Positions 9,691 through 17,393 of a stretch of DNA of 40,750 nucleotides are shown piece after piece (the stretch's first letter is position 1; each line of letters opens with the position of its first letter). Source of the stretch: a virus (Duplodnaviria; Caudoviricetes); the IMG/VR virus record IMGVR_UViG_3300037470_000217, positions 1-40,750 of that record; one strand, given 5' to 3'. The notes beneath the pieces are model-generated. The model was given only the letters and a program-made list of their open reading frames with translations. It did not search any database and was not told where the DNA came from. Made by a program: the position numbers and the translations under genes.

Positions 9691-9851
9691 CGGGAGACAC
9701 CGTGGCATTCGCACCCACACGTCACTCCACACTCGGCTCCCTGAGTCTTGTCATCTCGGAACCGACACAGCCCATCCCAACACCACTGCGAAAAGGATCT
9801 CAGGTTCACATCTAACGTCGCCTGGTTTAGCTTCCGAAGATCTACGTCCAT
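9687..9851 (-). CDS. Small Cys-rich protein (54 aa, ..CGVTCGCECH..), below the ORF-track cutoff
   Basis: Read manually; exactly fills the gap with TGATG and ATGA overlaps. Confidence 0.55.
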   Translation of the reverse strand: MDVDLRKLNQATLDVNLRSFSQWCWDGLCRFRDDKTQGAECGVTCGCECHGVSR

Positions 9852-10162
9852 CAGTCTTCTCCTTCCAGTCGTACAGGGTCAACGAGAAGACGCGACACCA
9901 TGCGGCAGTCAATCTCGACCTCCCACGGTTCCGCCGTCTCCGAGTAGGCCTGCTCCCACGCCATGCAGGTCGAACCGTTGAGCTCGACCGAGTTGTGCGT
10001 CTCGCACCATTCCACTTTCTCCCCTTCCCCTAGGGAGACAAGACGACGAGCAGCCGCAGCCAACACCTGGGCATGGGTGGGGAGCAACTCCTCGTCGGGG
10101 TTTTCAACGTCCAGCCAGTCCAATGCTGCTTTCACGTCTTCAATCGAGAAGGTAGGACTCAA
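9851..10162 (-). CDS. Hypothetical protein
   Basis: Coupled start and stop within the operon. Confidence 0.6.
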   Translation of the reverse strand: MSPTFSIEDVKAALDWLDVENPDEELLPTHAQVLAAAARRLVSLGEGEKVEWCETHNSVELNGSTCMAWEQAYSETAEPWEVEIDCRMVSRLLVDPVRLEGED

Positions 10163-10620
10163 TCTGTGCCTCCAATCTTCTCGAAGTCAGGCGGGTATTC
10201 TCCGAAGGACGACATCAGATCATCCTCGGCTGTATACTTTTCTATGTTGCGCTCGAGACGCAAGAGGCGAGGGGCTTCAGTCATCTTGTCCTCCACATAA
10301 GCTGCGCCATTCAGGTTGAACATTGTCGCCGCAAGATGATCCTCGTCACGATCCCCTTGCAGGTATTGGATCAGGTGTCGCAGTGCCGACCTCTTGAAGC
10401 GGGCCAGCTCCTCTGGCCCTGCGGCCAGAGTCCAGTTGGGAATACCAGGCTCCACGTCTGGGTACTTGGACTTCGCCTTGGTCAAGTGTTCGGCCCAGCG
10501 CTTAAGCATGGGACCGTGGAGAAGGTTGGTGTAGTCCACCTTCTCGTCTTCGATGTCGCGAGTCATCCCAGAGTCGAAGGTTGTACGTGCTCCCGAATCT
10601 TTCACTTGGAAACCAGTCAT
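10159..10620 (-). CDS. dATP/dGTP diphosphohydrolase-like protein (DUF5664-like)
   Basis: KDSGARTTFDSGMTRD..K.DY, KY..NW, SALRHL..YLQGDRDEDHLAA.MFNL pattern. Confidence 0.75.
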   Translation of the reverse strand: MTGFQVKDSGARTTFDSGMTRDIEDEKVDYTNLLHGPMLKRWAEHLTKAKSKYPDVEPGIPNWTLAAGPEELARFKRSALRHLIQYLQGDRDEDHLAATMFNLNGAAYVEDKMTEAPRLLRLERNIEKYTAEDDLMSSFGEYPPDFEKIGGTD

Positions 10621-11027
10621 GGCAAAGCCTCGGACTTGTTGTTCTTCAGCCACATGGCTGCCGCCAGTTGGCCCAGCGTGATGTCATGCTCGCCACGTAG
10701 CGTGCTGACAGGAGTACCGATCGAGAGAGCAATGTGTATCTCGGCCAGTGCCCCCTTGCTGTTCTCCCATCCGTCGAGGACGACTACAAGGTCGGCCTCT
10801 AGCACACGGTGAGCATCGAAGCGCAGATAATCCGAATGCGACAGGTTGTAACCAAGCCAGTGACTCGTCTCGACTGGTGAGCACACGGAGAAGCCCGAGT
10901 CTCTGAGGAATGTGGCTGCGATGGCAAATTCTGGTGCGTTCTCGTGGGGGATACCCGACATGGGGCCAGAGATGTAGACTCTCTCTAAGTCTCCGTATGG
11001 TTTGTAGAAAGCGTAAGAGGTTGTCAT
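10617..11027 (-). CDS. DUF4406 / nucleoside 2-deoxyribosyltransferase-like protein
   Basis: VYISGPMSG..N.PEF..AA..L...G, D.VVVLDGWENSKGA.AE. Confidence 0.8.
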   Translation of the reverse strand: MTTSYAFYKPYGDLERVYISGPMSGIPHENAPEFAIAATFLRDSGFSVCSPVETSHWLGYNLSHSDYLRFDAHRVLEADLVVVLDGWENSKGALAEIHIALSIGTPVSTLRGEHDITLGQLAAAMWLKNNKSEALP

Positions 11028-11419
11028 GCATTCTCCTCGTAAACCTCGGGATGGTCAGTTCGGTAAACCTCTTGTACAACTCGGTCGATAGCTTCCAGGT
11101 TCTCGTAGGTCCTCAGCAGGGTCGCTCCGAAGGCAGCAGGGAACACCATCAGATCAGGATGGACCCGCTTGCGGGCGTCACGCTGGATGACGAACAGTGC
11201 CCATCGGTCTCCGTGAACATCCTCAAGTTTGCGAGTCCAGGCGGGGATGCTGAGAGTGGCCTGTCGCTTGACTTCGATGGGAGTGCTGAGATCGGGGGCG
11301 ACCAGATCGAGAGAGGCCGCTCGGCGTCCCTCTCTTTCAACATTGAGGAAGCCTGCACTGGTGAGGTACTGGATGGCACTATGCTCGCCGTCGCGTCCCG
11401 TGCGCCCTGACCTATTCAC
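11024..11419 (-). CDS. Hjc-type Holliday junction resolvase
   Basis: G..GE....YL...G, DL, IEVK PD-(D/E)XK signature. Confidence 0.75.
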   Translation of the reverse strand: MNRSGRTGRDGEHSAIQYLTSAGFLNVEREGRRAASLDLVAPDLSTPIEVKRQATLSIPAWTRKLEDVHGDRWALFVIQRDARKRVHPDLMVFPAAFGATLLRTYENLEAIDRVVQEVYRTDHPEVYEENA

Positions 11420-11703
11420 CGTCGCCTACCTACATCGAAGTCGTAGGCAGCTTGGTGATCGAAGGCGAAGGCGTAGATAGTGGCGTACCTGGACCTCGGG
11501 AAGTAGGAAACCTGGAGTCCAACAGCCTCCCAATTCAGAACATTGACCCCCGCGCCGACGGCGAGAGGACCCAGCTCAATGCGGAATCCGAGCCAGGGGA
11601 TGAAGGCAAAGCCGAAAGCCCACTCGCCTTGTAGGCCACGCCACTGAAGTGTGGCGCTGAGGCGCAAACTCAAGGTTGTGCTGGGTTGAAGGTAGAAAGC
11701 CAC
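11416..11703 (-). CDS. Hypothetical protein, probably leaderless
   Basis: GTG 7 nt after the GAACTAC-N5-TGTAACT motif; GTGA-coupled to the resolvase. Confidence 0.55.
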   Translation of the reverse strand: MAFYLQPSTTLSLRLSATLQWRGLQGEWAFGFAFIPWLGFRIELGPLAVGAGVNVLNWEAVGLQVSYFPRSRYATIYAFAFDHQAAYDFDVGRRR

Positions 11704-11710
11704 GTCTCTT

Positions 11711-11729
11711 AGTTACACAGCAGTAGTTC
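11711..11729 (-). promoter_or_regulatory. GAACTAC-N5-TGTAACT promoter-like motif
   Basis: One of 8 copies (see findings). Confidence 0.7.
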
Positions 11730-12211
11730 TACGTGACGGATGCTTGCGCATCCTTCACACCCGAGAACTCCCGCTCCACCATTGCCACCTTCGATCGGAA
11801 CCTTGTCTGCTGTAGCCGATCGGAAGCGGTGGGTTCATGATCTGTGAAAGAATGTTCACGAATCGTGAATACCTCACTGTCAGGCTGAGGTATCGCCATA
11901 GGATCAACAAGGTCGAACGGGTCCTCACCCTCACACTTCGCACACTTAGAGTCCTTGTGCACGTCCCGTGCGATATACCAGTCGGGCAGAGCCTTATCAA
12001 AGATGGCCTCGTAGGCACTGCGAAAGTTCTCCCAGGCCCCATAGTCGGGGACAAGAGGCCGACCACAGATGGCGGTCGTGCCATCACGCGAGACTCGATG
12101 ACCATCCTTATAAGCAGCACAGCGCACCCACTCGTGCATGACACCACCGAGGATCAGGTCGTCGTCTATGAGATAATCGTCTTCGGCTATACGTGGCTTA
12201 CGTATCGCCAT
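11729..12211 (-). CDS. Hypothetical Zn-binding protein (H..ICG, CAKC)
   Basis: 160-aa ORF in the operon. Confidence 0.6.
   Translation of the reverse strand: MAIRKPRIAEDDYLIDDDLILGGVMHEWVRCAAYKDGHRVSRDGTTAICGRPLVPDYGAWENFRSAYEAIFDKALPDWYIARDVHKDSKCAKCEGEDPFDLVDPMAIPQPDSEVFTIREHSFTDHEPTASDRLQQTRFRSKVAMVEREFSGVKDAQASVT
11733..11758. promoter_or_regulatory. Palindromic operator-like site GTGACGGATGC-N4-GCATCCTTCAC
   Basis: Member of the CRGATRC-N4-GYATCYG family; 3 bp from the promoter-like motif. Confidence 0.6.
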
Positions 12212-12533
12212 TGTCGATCACTACCTCATGCTCAAACCCCTGCGGGTCTACGGATATCTCCGCATCCGTAGCACCATCAGGGTCTACAGCCTCGGCCACC
12301 AGTTCTTGGGCATCTGCCCGCATGGCCTGAATGAAGCGGGCACGTTGTACGTCGCAGTCATTGGCGATGGCACTGAAGATGCTCTTGGCTTGAAGCGGGT
12401 CTTCTGTGGTGAGTTGGGCGATGCTCGCTGCCAGTACGAGCTTCAGTGCCTCATACGAGCCGATCAAGATTTCCTCGGCTGTCACTTCCCCGAGGTTGAT
12501 CTCCATTACCTCGCCGTCTCGTTCAGGCATCAT
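12198..12533 (-). CDS. Hypothetical acidic protein
   Basis: ORF with GGAGGAG RBS; fits the operon. Confidence 0.6.
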   Translation of the reverse strand: MMPERDGEVMEINLGEVTAEEILIGSYEALKLVLAASIAQLTTEDPLQAKSIFSAIANDCDVQRARFIQAMRADAQELVAEAVDPDGATDAEISVDPQGFEHEVVIDNGDT

Positions 12534-12852
12534 CTCCTCCTTCAGTTAGTTGGTTCATCAGTAAGCGCAGTGCGTCAACATCTCCGATACCACGCCCTGC
12601 AAGAACAGCGGCCAGCTTCTTGAGGGCTCGGGCCACTCGGAACTGCCCGCCTTGCCTGCCCGCCAGGCCGAAATGATCAGCGATCATTTGGTACGTGCAA
12701 CGTTCCCAAGCCCACATCTCCAAGACCCTGCGGTCCTCGGGCTCCAAGTCATCCACCAACTCAGCGAGGACATCGCGCATGGGATGGTCGCCCTTGCCGA
12801 CCACGGCAGTGCCGCCTTCAAGAGCCCAATCGGGTACGGGAACTTCTTTCAC
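12523..12852 (-). CDS. Sigma-70 region-4-like HTH regulator
   Basis: LEPEDRRVLEMW.....TYQMIADHFGL......FRVARALKKL. Confidence 0.7.
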   Translation of the reverse strand: MKEVPVPDWALEGGTAVVGKGDHPMRDVLAELVDDLEPEDRRVLEMWAWERCTYQMIADHFGLAGRQGGQFRVARALKKLAAVLAGRGIGDVDALRLLMNQLTEGGDDA

Positions 12853-13316
12853 GTCCGCACGTCCAGGTCTTTGAGCGCGGCGTGCTTGACCTCTGCGTAC
12901 AAATTGCCTTCGTTGAAAGCTTTGAGCCCGTTGTCCCTAGCGGACGCCCACCACAGGAGACGGAAGTCCTCCCACTTGACGAGGTATCCGACCTTGGTTG
13001 TGGAACGCCAGGCCCAGATCAGCAGAGGCTGAATGGTTTCCCAGAGGGGGAGGGTGTCTACCTTGTCGGCACGGAACTTGAGGGTTCCGTCCTGTCCGCA
13101 GCCAATGGCTTCGACTAGGTAGCCAGTGCCTTCAAGGTCAAGATATAGGTCTGGTTGGTGTCGAACTACGCGGGCCATCCGCGCCATCGACACCGCTGGT
13201 CTGTTCCACCCGAACTGTTCCACCTTGCCAGGGAAGGCGGCGAGGAGTGCTCCCTCTGAGGCGTCGCCCATCTGACTGAGGCGAGCTGCGAAGTTCTGAT
13301 CCCTGAAGGCGCTCAC
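12849..13316 (-). CDS. Putative PD-(D/E)XK-fold nuclease
   Basis: QPDLYL...YLVEAIG pattern with an N-terminal conserved E; the K is not canonical. Confidence 0.5.
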   Translation of the reverse strand: MSAFRDQNFAARLSQMGDASEGALLAAFPGKVEQFGWNRPAVSMARMARVVRHQPDLYLDLEGTGYLVEAIGCGQDGTLKFRADKVDTLPLWETIQPLLIWAWRSTTKVGYLVKWEDFRLLWWASARDNGLKAFNEGNLYAEVKHAALKDLDVRT

Positions 13317-13851
13317 TTACGCCAGAATCTTGTGGGTTCCACGCCTCTTTAGTTACAGGCGTGTAGTTCCCCAACCTCACCAGCTCGGACTCAAGGAAAT
13401 CTTCAAGCGCACGAATCATGCGGTGATACTCGATGGGCGCTGTCTCCTCGTCCACACGCCACAGTTCTGGATACAAGAACTCGACACGCTCAGCGTTGGA
13501 CTGGATGTGTTGGAAGGCAGCCGATCCCAACAGTGCCCTCATGCCTACCGTATACGTGGCAATAGCTACCCGCGCCCTGTCTTCAAGCTCGTCGAGTTGC
13601 TGCCAGCGGCTGCGTCCACGAGGCCCGAGCACTATCCCGTGCTCGGCTATCAGCTCGTGGACTGGCCTGCCCGTGTAGTGGGAGAGGAGCCCAAGTCCAT
13701 CACCACCCTCCGAGCATCTGAAACAAAAGAACCCTCGGTCCCCTGGGTACAGGTGCAGGGATGGATCGGTGTCGCTGCCTTTAGAGCAGCGTATTTTCGA
13801 GTACCTGGGCCATTCGATTCCGAGTAGAGCCAGGGCTTCTTCTGTTGTCAC
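13138..13851 (-). CDS. CHC2-type zinc-finger (primase-like N-terminus) protein with no TOPRIM domain
   Basis: IRC....DTDPSLHLY....FFCFRC..GGD; GTGA-coupled start; 3' end overlaps the next gene by 179 nt. Confidence 0.65.
   Translation of the reverse strand: MTTEEALALLGIEWPRYSKIRCSKGSDTDPSLHLYPGDRGFFCFRCSEGGDGLGLLSHYTGRPVHELIAEHGIVLGPRGRSRWQQLDELEDRARVAIATYTVGMRALLGSAAFQHIQSNAERVEFLYPELWRVDEETAPIEYHRMIRALEDFLESELVRLGNYTPVTKEAWNPQDSGVSERLQGSELRSSPQSDGRRLRGSTPRRLPWQGGTVRVEQTSGVDGADGPRSSTPTRPIS
13351..13369 (-). promoter_or_regulatory. GAACTAC-N5-TGTAACT promoter-like motif (intragenic)
   Basis: Perfect consensus copy. Confidence 0.65.
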
Positions 13852-14144
13852 TTCTTCTTGGGCAGTGCCGACACGATGTAGGCCCGCATTGTTAGATATG
13901 ACATCGCCTCCCACGGTTCCATCTCGCCTGCCTCGAAGCGACGGCGGCTCTCGGCGGCAGCAATGCGTTGGCGCTCACGATCTTCCCCTGTCTTGACTCG
14001 ATAGCCTTCATCCCAGATCAAGTGAGGAGAGTCCACGCTGCCCTCAAATAGGGGGCATCCATCGGCGATCCAGACATCAAGCGCATCTACGTCGATCAGG
14101 TCGAGTGCCTCAAGGATGGCGGCTATGCGTTCACTGTTCTTCAT
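13848..14144 (-). CDS. Hypothetical protein
   Basis: ATGA/GTGA-coupled between the helicase and the Zn-finger gene. Confidence 0.65.
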   Translation of the reverse strand: MKNSERIAAILEALDLIDVDALDVWIADGCPLFEGSVDSPHLIWDEGYRVKTGEDRERQRIAAAESRRRFEAGEMEPWEAMSYLTMRAYIVSALPKKK

Positions 14145-16000
14145 CGGTTCAGCTCCACTACATCGGCCAAATATTCATTCATCACAGTGCTCTGCTGGCG
14201 CAGATCAAGAGGCACAATCCGCATGGCAGCATCCACTCTGAACAGCCAGCCCTCCTCGTTACGCAAACCACGCACCCTGTTCTTGAGCACGTTCATCGCC
14301 AGCCAATGCTCCCGCTCAGAGCGCAAGGATTCAGGAAGGTCAGGGTCCCAGCCTGGACGCCACACGCCAATGATCACGTCTGCTTGTGTGTTATGTGTCA
14401 CGATGTAGTCCTTCGTGACGTACAGCCCATCGGGTCGGCCAACCGAAATGCACTGCACTCCCTCCACCCCTTCGGGTTCGACGGCCACCACCCTCCTCGG
14501 GTAGGCGTTGGTCGAGGGGTCCCACTTATCTACCTTGCTTGGAATGCGGAAAGGATTAAAGGGCAGGTCATAGATGCGCACCTCCCAGGCTGGTCCACTG
14601 TCAGCCTTCTTGTTTGACACCCGAGCCAGCCCGCCCAGGGATCGGACCAGCTCAACCACCGCATCCCGAAGATGCGGTGAGTTAGTGGCAAACCCAGGGT
14701 TCTTGCCCGATGTGCCGTCCGTATCCATCAAGCCTCTAAGCAGCGAGAGGCGCTGCCTCATGGTGGCCCTCAAGTACATCTCGGGCACAAACTTGTCTCT
14801 TGACTTCTTGCCCATCAATCCGAGGGAACGGACGTGATGCAAGATGCCTGGGATGGAGTAGCGCCCTCGGTGCCCTCGGCCACTCACCCGATACCCGCTC
14901 TTGCGAATGCATTTAACCACCTCCCCCGTGAAGTCCCAGATGGGCGTGGTCTTGGGCCGAAAAGACCCGTCGCCGAGGATGGCGCCCAACACATAGGGAT
15001 CAATGGGCAGGGCCTGGAGGGTGCCAGGCATGGGGCTCACGGTTGGGACACGGTGCCCTCCCTTGCGAGGGTTGAGCTGCCATGTCGGCAGCACTCTCTG
15101 TGTGCCGTTGTCGTCGGTCACTTGCCACAGATGTTCGGCCGTGGCCCTCGTGCTACCACCATCCCTGAAAGACACTCGGTACACTTCTTGACGACCGAGG
15201 GGAAACACGCCCATCACCTTTGTCGGCGCACCATCGGGTCCCACCACCATGTCACCAACCGACAGCTCACCCATCGTGGTCCAGCCTGATGGCGTGAGGA
15301 TCGGTTCGTCGAGGGGTTGTGCGTAACCGCTGCCCTTCGCACTGTTCCGATCGGGCGGTTCCCATACAGGAACCGAACGGTTCGTCTGGTGCAGCATCAG
15401 CACCCCAACCTTCTCATCCTTAGCCCACGCCTTGACAGCCGAGGCCGTAGCCTCGGCACGGGTCCAACCTTCACCCGAAGCCTGGCCTCCACCAACCTCC
15501 TCCAGGTAGTCGATGATGACTAGCTTGGGACGGACAGCGAACATCTCGTGGTAGTCGGCCATGTACGCCGACATGTCTTCCAGCCCGAGGGCACTGTCGT
15601 CTACCACCACCTGATAGGGCAGGCGGTTAGGCAGCTCGTCTACCAGGTCGGGTAGCTGACGCTTCTGCTCCAAGTCTTCGAGGTCTCGTGCGTTCAGGTT
15701 GAAAACGTGTGCGGTGAGACGATGCAACACTTGATGGTCGGGCATCTCAAGGCTGAAGAAGATGATGTGCTCGTTCGGATTGTGAGACATCACGTTTGTT
15801 GCCAGCATCGATTTTCCAGCATGACTGGCAGCGATTACGGTGAACACTTCTCCTGGGGCTGGCCCTCGAACCATGTCATCAAGCGCCTTCCATCCGAGGG
15901 GTGTGCGCCGCTTGGGGTTGGCTATCTCGGTACGCCAGGCTGCAACCTGATCGTCGAGGAGCCTTACGCCACGCAACCTGCTTGTTCTGAGACTGTCCAT
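14141..16000 (-). CDS. dnaB: DnaB-like replicative helicase containing an intein
   Basis: Walker A AASHAGKS, FFSLEM, IIDYL, LHQTNR, ADVI, KNR motifs; ATG 16000 preceded by AAAGGGGAT. Confidence 0.92.
   Translation of the reverse strand: MDSLRTSRLRGVRLLDDQVAAWRTEIANPKRRTPLGWKALDDMVRGPAPGEVFTVIAASHAGKSMLATNVMSHNPNEHIIFFSLEMPDHQVLHRLTAHVFNLNARDLEDLEQKRQLPDLVDELPNRLPYQVVVDDSALGLEDMSAYMADYHEMFAVRPKLVIIDYLEEVGGGQASGEGWTRAEATASAVKAWAKDEKVGVLMLHQTNRSVPVWEPPDRNSAKGSGYAQPLDEPILTPSGWTTMGELSVGDMVVGPDGAPTKVMGVFPLGRQEVYRVSFRDGGSTRATAEHLWQVTDDNGTQRVLPTWQLNPRKGGHRVPTVSPMPGTLQALPIDPYVLGAILGDGSFRPKTTPIWDFTGEVVKCIRKSGYRVSGRGHRGRYSIPGILHHVRSLGLMGKKSRDKFVPEMYLRATMRQRLSLLRGLMDTDGTSGKNPGFATNSPHLRDAVVELVRSLGGLARVSNKKADSGPAWEVRIYDLPFNPFRIPSKVDKWDPSTNAYPRRVVAVEPEGVEGVQCISVGRPDGLYVTKDYIVTHNTQADVIIGVWRPGWDPDLPESLRSEREHWLAMNVLKNRVRGLRNEEGWLFRVDAAMRIVPLDLRQQSTVMNEYLADVVELNR
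14390..15322 (-). mobile_element. Class 3 (Ala1) intein with LAGLIDADG homing endonuclease, 311 aa
   Basis: Begins AQPLDEPILTPSGW; block B ATAEHLW; LGAILGDG and LRGLMDTDG; block F VQCISV; ends VTHN followed by Thr+1. Confidence 0.92.
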
Positions 16001-16016
16001 ATCCCCTTTCTCCTTG

Positions 16017-16069
16017 TGCCCAGGTGCCGAGTCGAACATGCACACTTCAAACCAGACCACTGGCTGGGC
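16017..16069 (-). ncRNA. Mini tRNA-like element (acceptor, small D-like hairpin, T-loop, no anticodon arm)
   Basis: GCCCAG/CTGGGC-A stem, CCAG-TGGT-CTGG hairpin, G-TTCGACT-C loop. Confidence 0.45.
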
Positions 16070-16072
16070 TAC

Positions 16073-16227
16073 CTTGACGCTTGATCCCTACACGCCTGAC
16101 TCAATATGGTCAGACCTACCTTGCCCAGATCGTCCCTCGGTACCAGGGACCTGGTTGCCCTGCTCGTGTCGAGCACAAGCCCTTATCGTGGGGCACTACC
16201 CCACTTCCCTCGGGACCTAACGTCAAG
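16073..16227 (-). ncRNA. Putative 155-nt multi-branched structured RNA
   Basis: Ends pair over 16 bp with one mismatch (CTTGACGTTAGGTCCC / GGGATCAAGCGTCAAG) and enclose four hairpins. Confidence 0.6.
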
Positions 16228-16294
16228 TGCCAGCGCTCGGGAGTCGAACCCGCTGCCTTATACCCGAAGGCGGCACCAAACCTGGTGCGCTGGC
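16228..16294 (-). ncRNA. Non-canonical tRNA-like RNA (67 nt; nominal anticodon GGT)
   Basis: 8-bp acceptor GCCAGCGC/GCGCTGGC-A, ACCA-GGTT-TGGT D-like arm, GCCTT-CGGGTAT-AAGGC arm, CGGG-TTCGACT-CCCG T arm; lacks U8 and U33. Confidence 0.65.
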
Positions 16295-16304
16295 TGCTTC
16301 CTTT

Positions 16305-16323
16305 AGTTACAAGGGAGTGGTTG
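16305..16323 (-). promoter_or_regulatory. Variant promoter-like motif CAACCAC-N5-TGTAACT, 10 nt upstream of the tRNA-like RNA
   Basis: Exact TGTAACTA half and conserved spacing. Confidence 0.55.
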
Positions 16324-16375
16324 GGGGGTGGGTGGCAGCGAAGGGGAACGCTGTAGTCACATCCACCCAGCCCCC
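16323..16375 (-). other. Long GC-rich hairpin with a TTCCCCTT loop (terminator-like or regulatory)
   Basis: GGGGG-C-TGGGTGG...CAGCG-TTCCCCTT-CGCTG-CCACCCA-CCCCC directly after a stop codon. Confidence 0.5.
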
Positions 16376-16575
16376 TAAGAATCAGGCAGACTGTCCAAAG
16401 CATCCCTTACTTCGTGACCGATAGCGTTGAGGCTATCCGTCACACCAGACAGGTAGATGGTTCCGACTGTCGTGCTCATCGTCCGCTGTGCCCGCTTGCG
16501 CAGCCTGTCATAGATGCGGGCGAGTGCTCGCTCCCTGGTTGACATCTGATTGCGGGGGCCATGCTTGAAGCTCAA
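16375..16575 (-). CDS. Hypothetical protein
   Basis: TTG start preceded by AAAGGGGAAAC; TTGA-coupled. Confidence 0.6.
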   Translation of the reverse strand: MSFKHGPRNQMSTRERALARIYDRLRKRAQRTMSTTVGTIYLSGVTDSLNAIGHEVRDALDSLPDS

Positions 16576-16772
16576 CCTGTTTCCCCTTTCAGTAATTCTT
16601 CGATCTCCTCGACAAGCGAGTCAGTGTGCTTCACCCTCGTGCGAAACCTTCCATCCTCAGACTCGATCATGTAGCGGTAGGGCAATGCCCTGTTAGTGTT
16701 CTCGCTAACAAGGAATGTGTGCCCGCCGAGCCATGTGATTCGGCGGGGCACCTGTGTTCCGATGGTTGTCAC
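16572..16772 (-). CDS. Hypothetical protein
   Basis: GTGA-coupled within the operon. Confidence 0.6.
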   Translation of the reverse strand: MTTIGTQVPRRITWLGGHTFLVSENTNRALPYRYMIESEDGRFRTRVKHTDSLVEEIEELLKGETG

Positions 16773-17356
16773 CCGAGCATCGACTGCACCTTCAGCGCAG
16801 CCGAGTTCAGCGTGCCGTCGCGATTCTTGACCCAGAAGGGTTTGAACTTGTCATCGTCCGAAGCGCCTTCGGGGGCGTCGAGGAACTGAATACGGAAGTC
16901 AGGTGACCTCTCGGACTTCTTGTTCTCTCGGTTGTCGAAGATGCGAATAGGTCGCCCGTCCCACATAGGCACGGATGCGCTTGTTGCACTGTCTGTCTCG
17001 GCCTCGGCCTGCGCTGTGGGCGCAGCCCCGATCGGTGTCACGTTGGACACTGCCTCCTCAACCACGTCGACACGAGCGGATGCAACTGCATCCGTCGCAC
17101 CTCCGAAGACAGGGAAGATCACCCCGTTCTCGTCAGCGGCGGACGTGAGCCCAGCCTCGTTGATGACTGTCAACTTCGCATCTTGTGCGAAGGTTGCCAG
17201 CCTGCCCAGGCCCAGGTCTCTTGCCTCTGCCTCCGAGTCGGCTTCTACCTCTTCGGTGATGGTGAGTCCAGCTCGGAAGTTTTCTGAGCTGTAGGGGATT
17301 TCCCCAGGCTTAGTGATCCCGTAGCTGAACGATGCTTCTACTTCATACTTCGACAT
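16769..17356 (-). CDS. Putative ssDNA-binding protein with a C-terminal PDF-type motif
   Basis: IFDNRENKKSERSPDFRI...FWV resembles the DNR.KK...PDF ssDNA-binding motif; lies between the exonuclease and helicase; AGGAG RBS. Confidence 0.55.
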   Translation of the reverse strand: MSKYEVEASFSYGITKPGEIPYSSENFRAGLTITEEVEADSEAEARDLGLGRLATFAQDAKLTVINEAGLTSAADENGVIFPVFGGATDAVASARVDVVEEAVSNVTPIGAAPTAQAEAETDSATSASVPMWDGRPIRIFDNRENKKSERSPDFRIQFLDAPEGASDDDKFKPFWVKNRDGTLNSAALKVQSMLG

Positions 17357-17393
17357 GGTTCTCCTATTGTCTGTTTGTTCGATGGGCGCATAG

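Noticed and set aside
13138-13316. Programmed frameshift or true dual coding in the 179-nt overlap of the Zn-finger and nuclease genes
   Set aside because: No slippery site seen; the overlapping tail looks like low-information run-on, so it cannot be supported
16001-16060. N-terminal extension of DnaB from GTG 16060
   Set aside because: ATG 16000 has a strong RBS, and the upstream segment folds as the mini tRNA-like element
16014-16424. Short ORFs across the dnaB upstream region
   Set aside because: No RBS or coupling and no protein-like features; dense base pairing favours non-coding RNA
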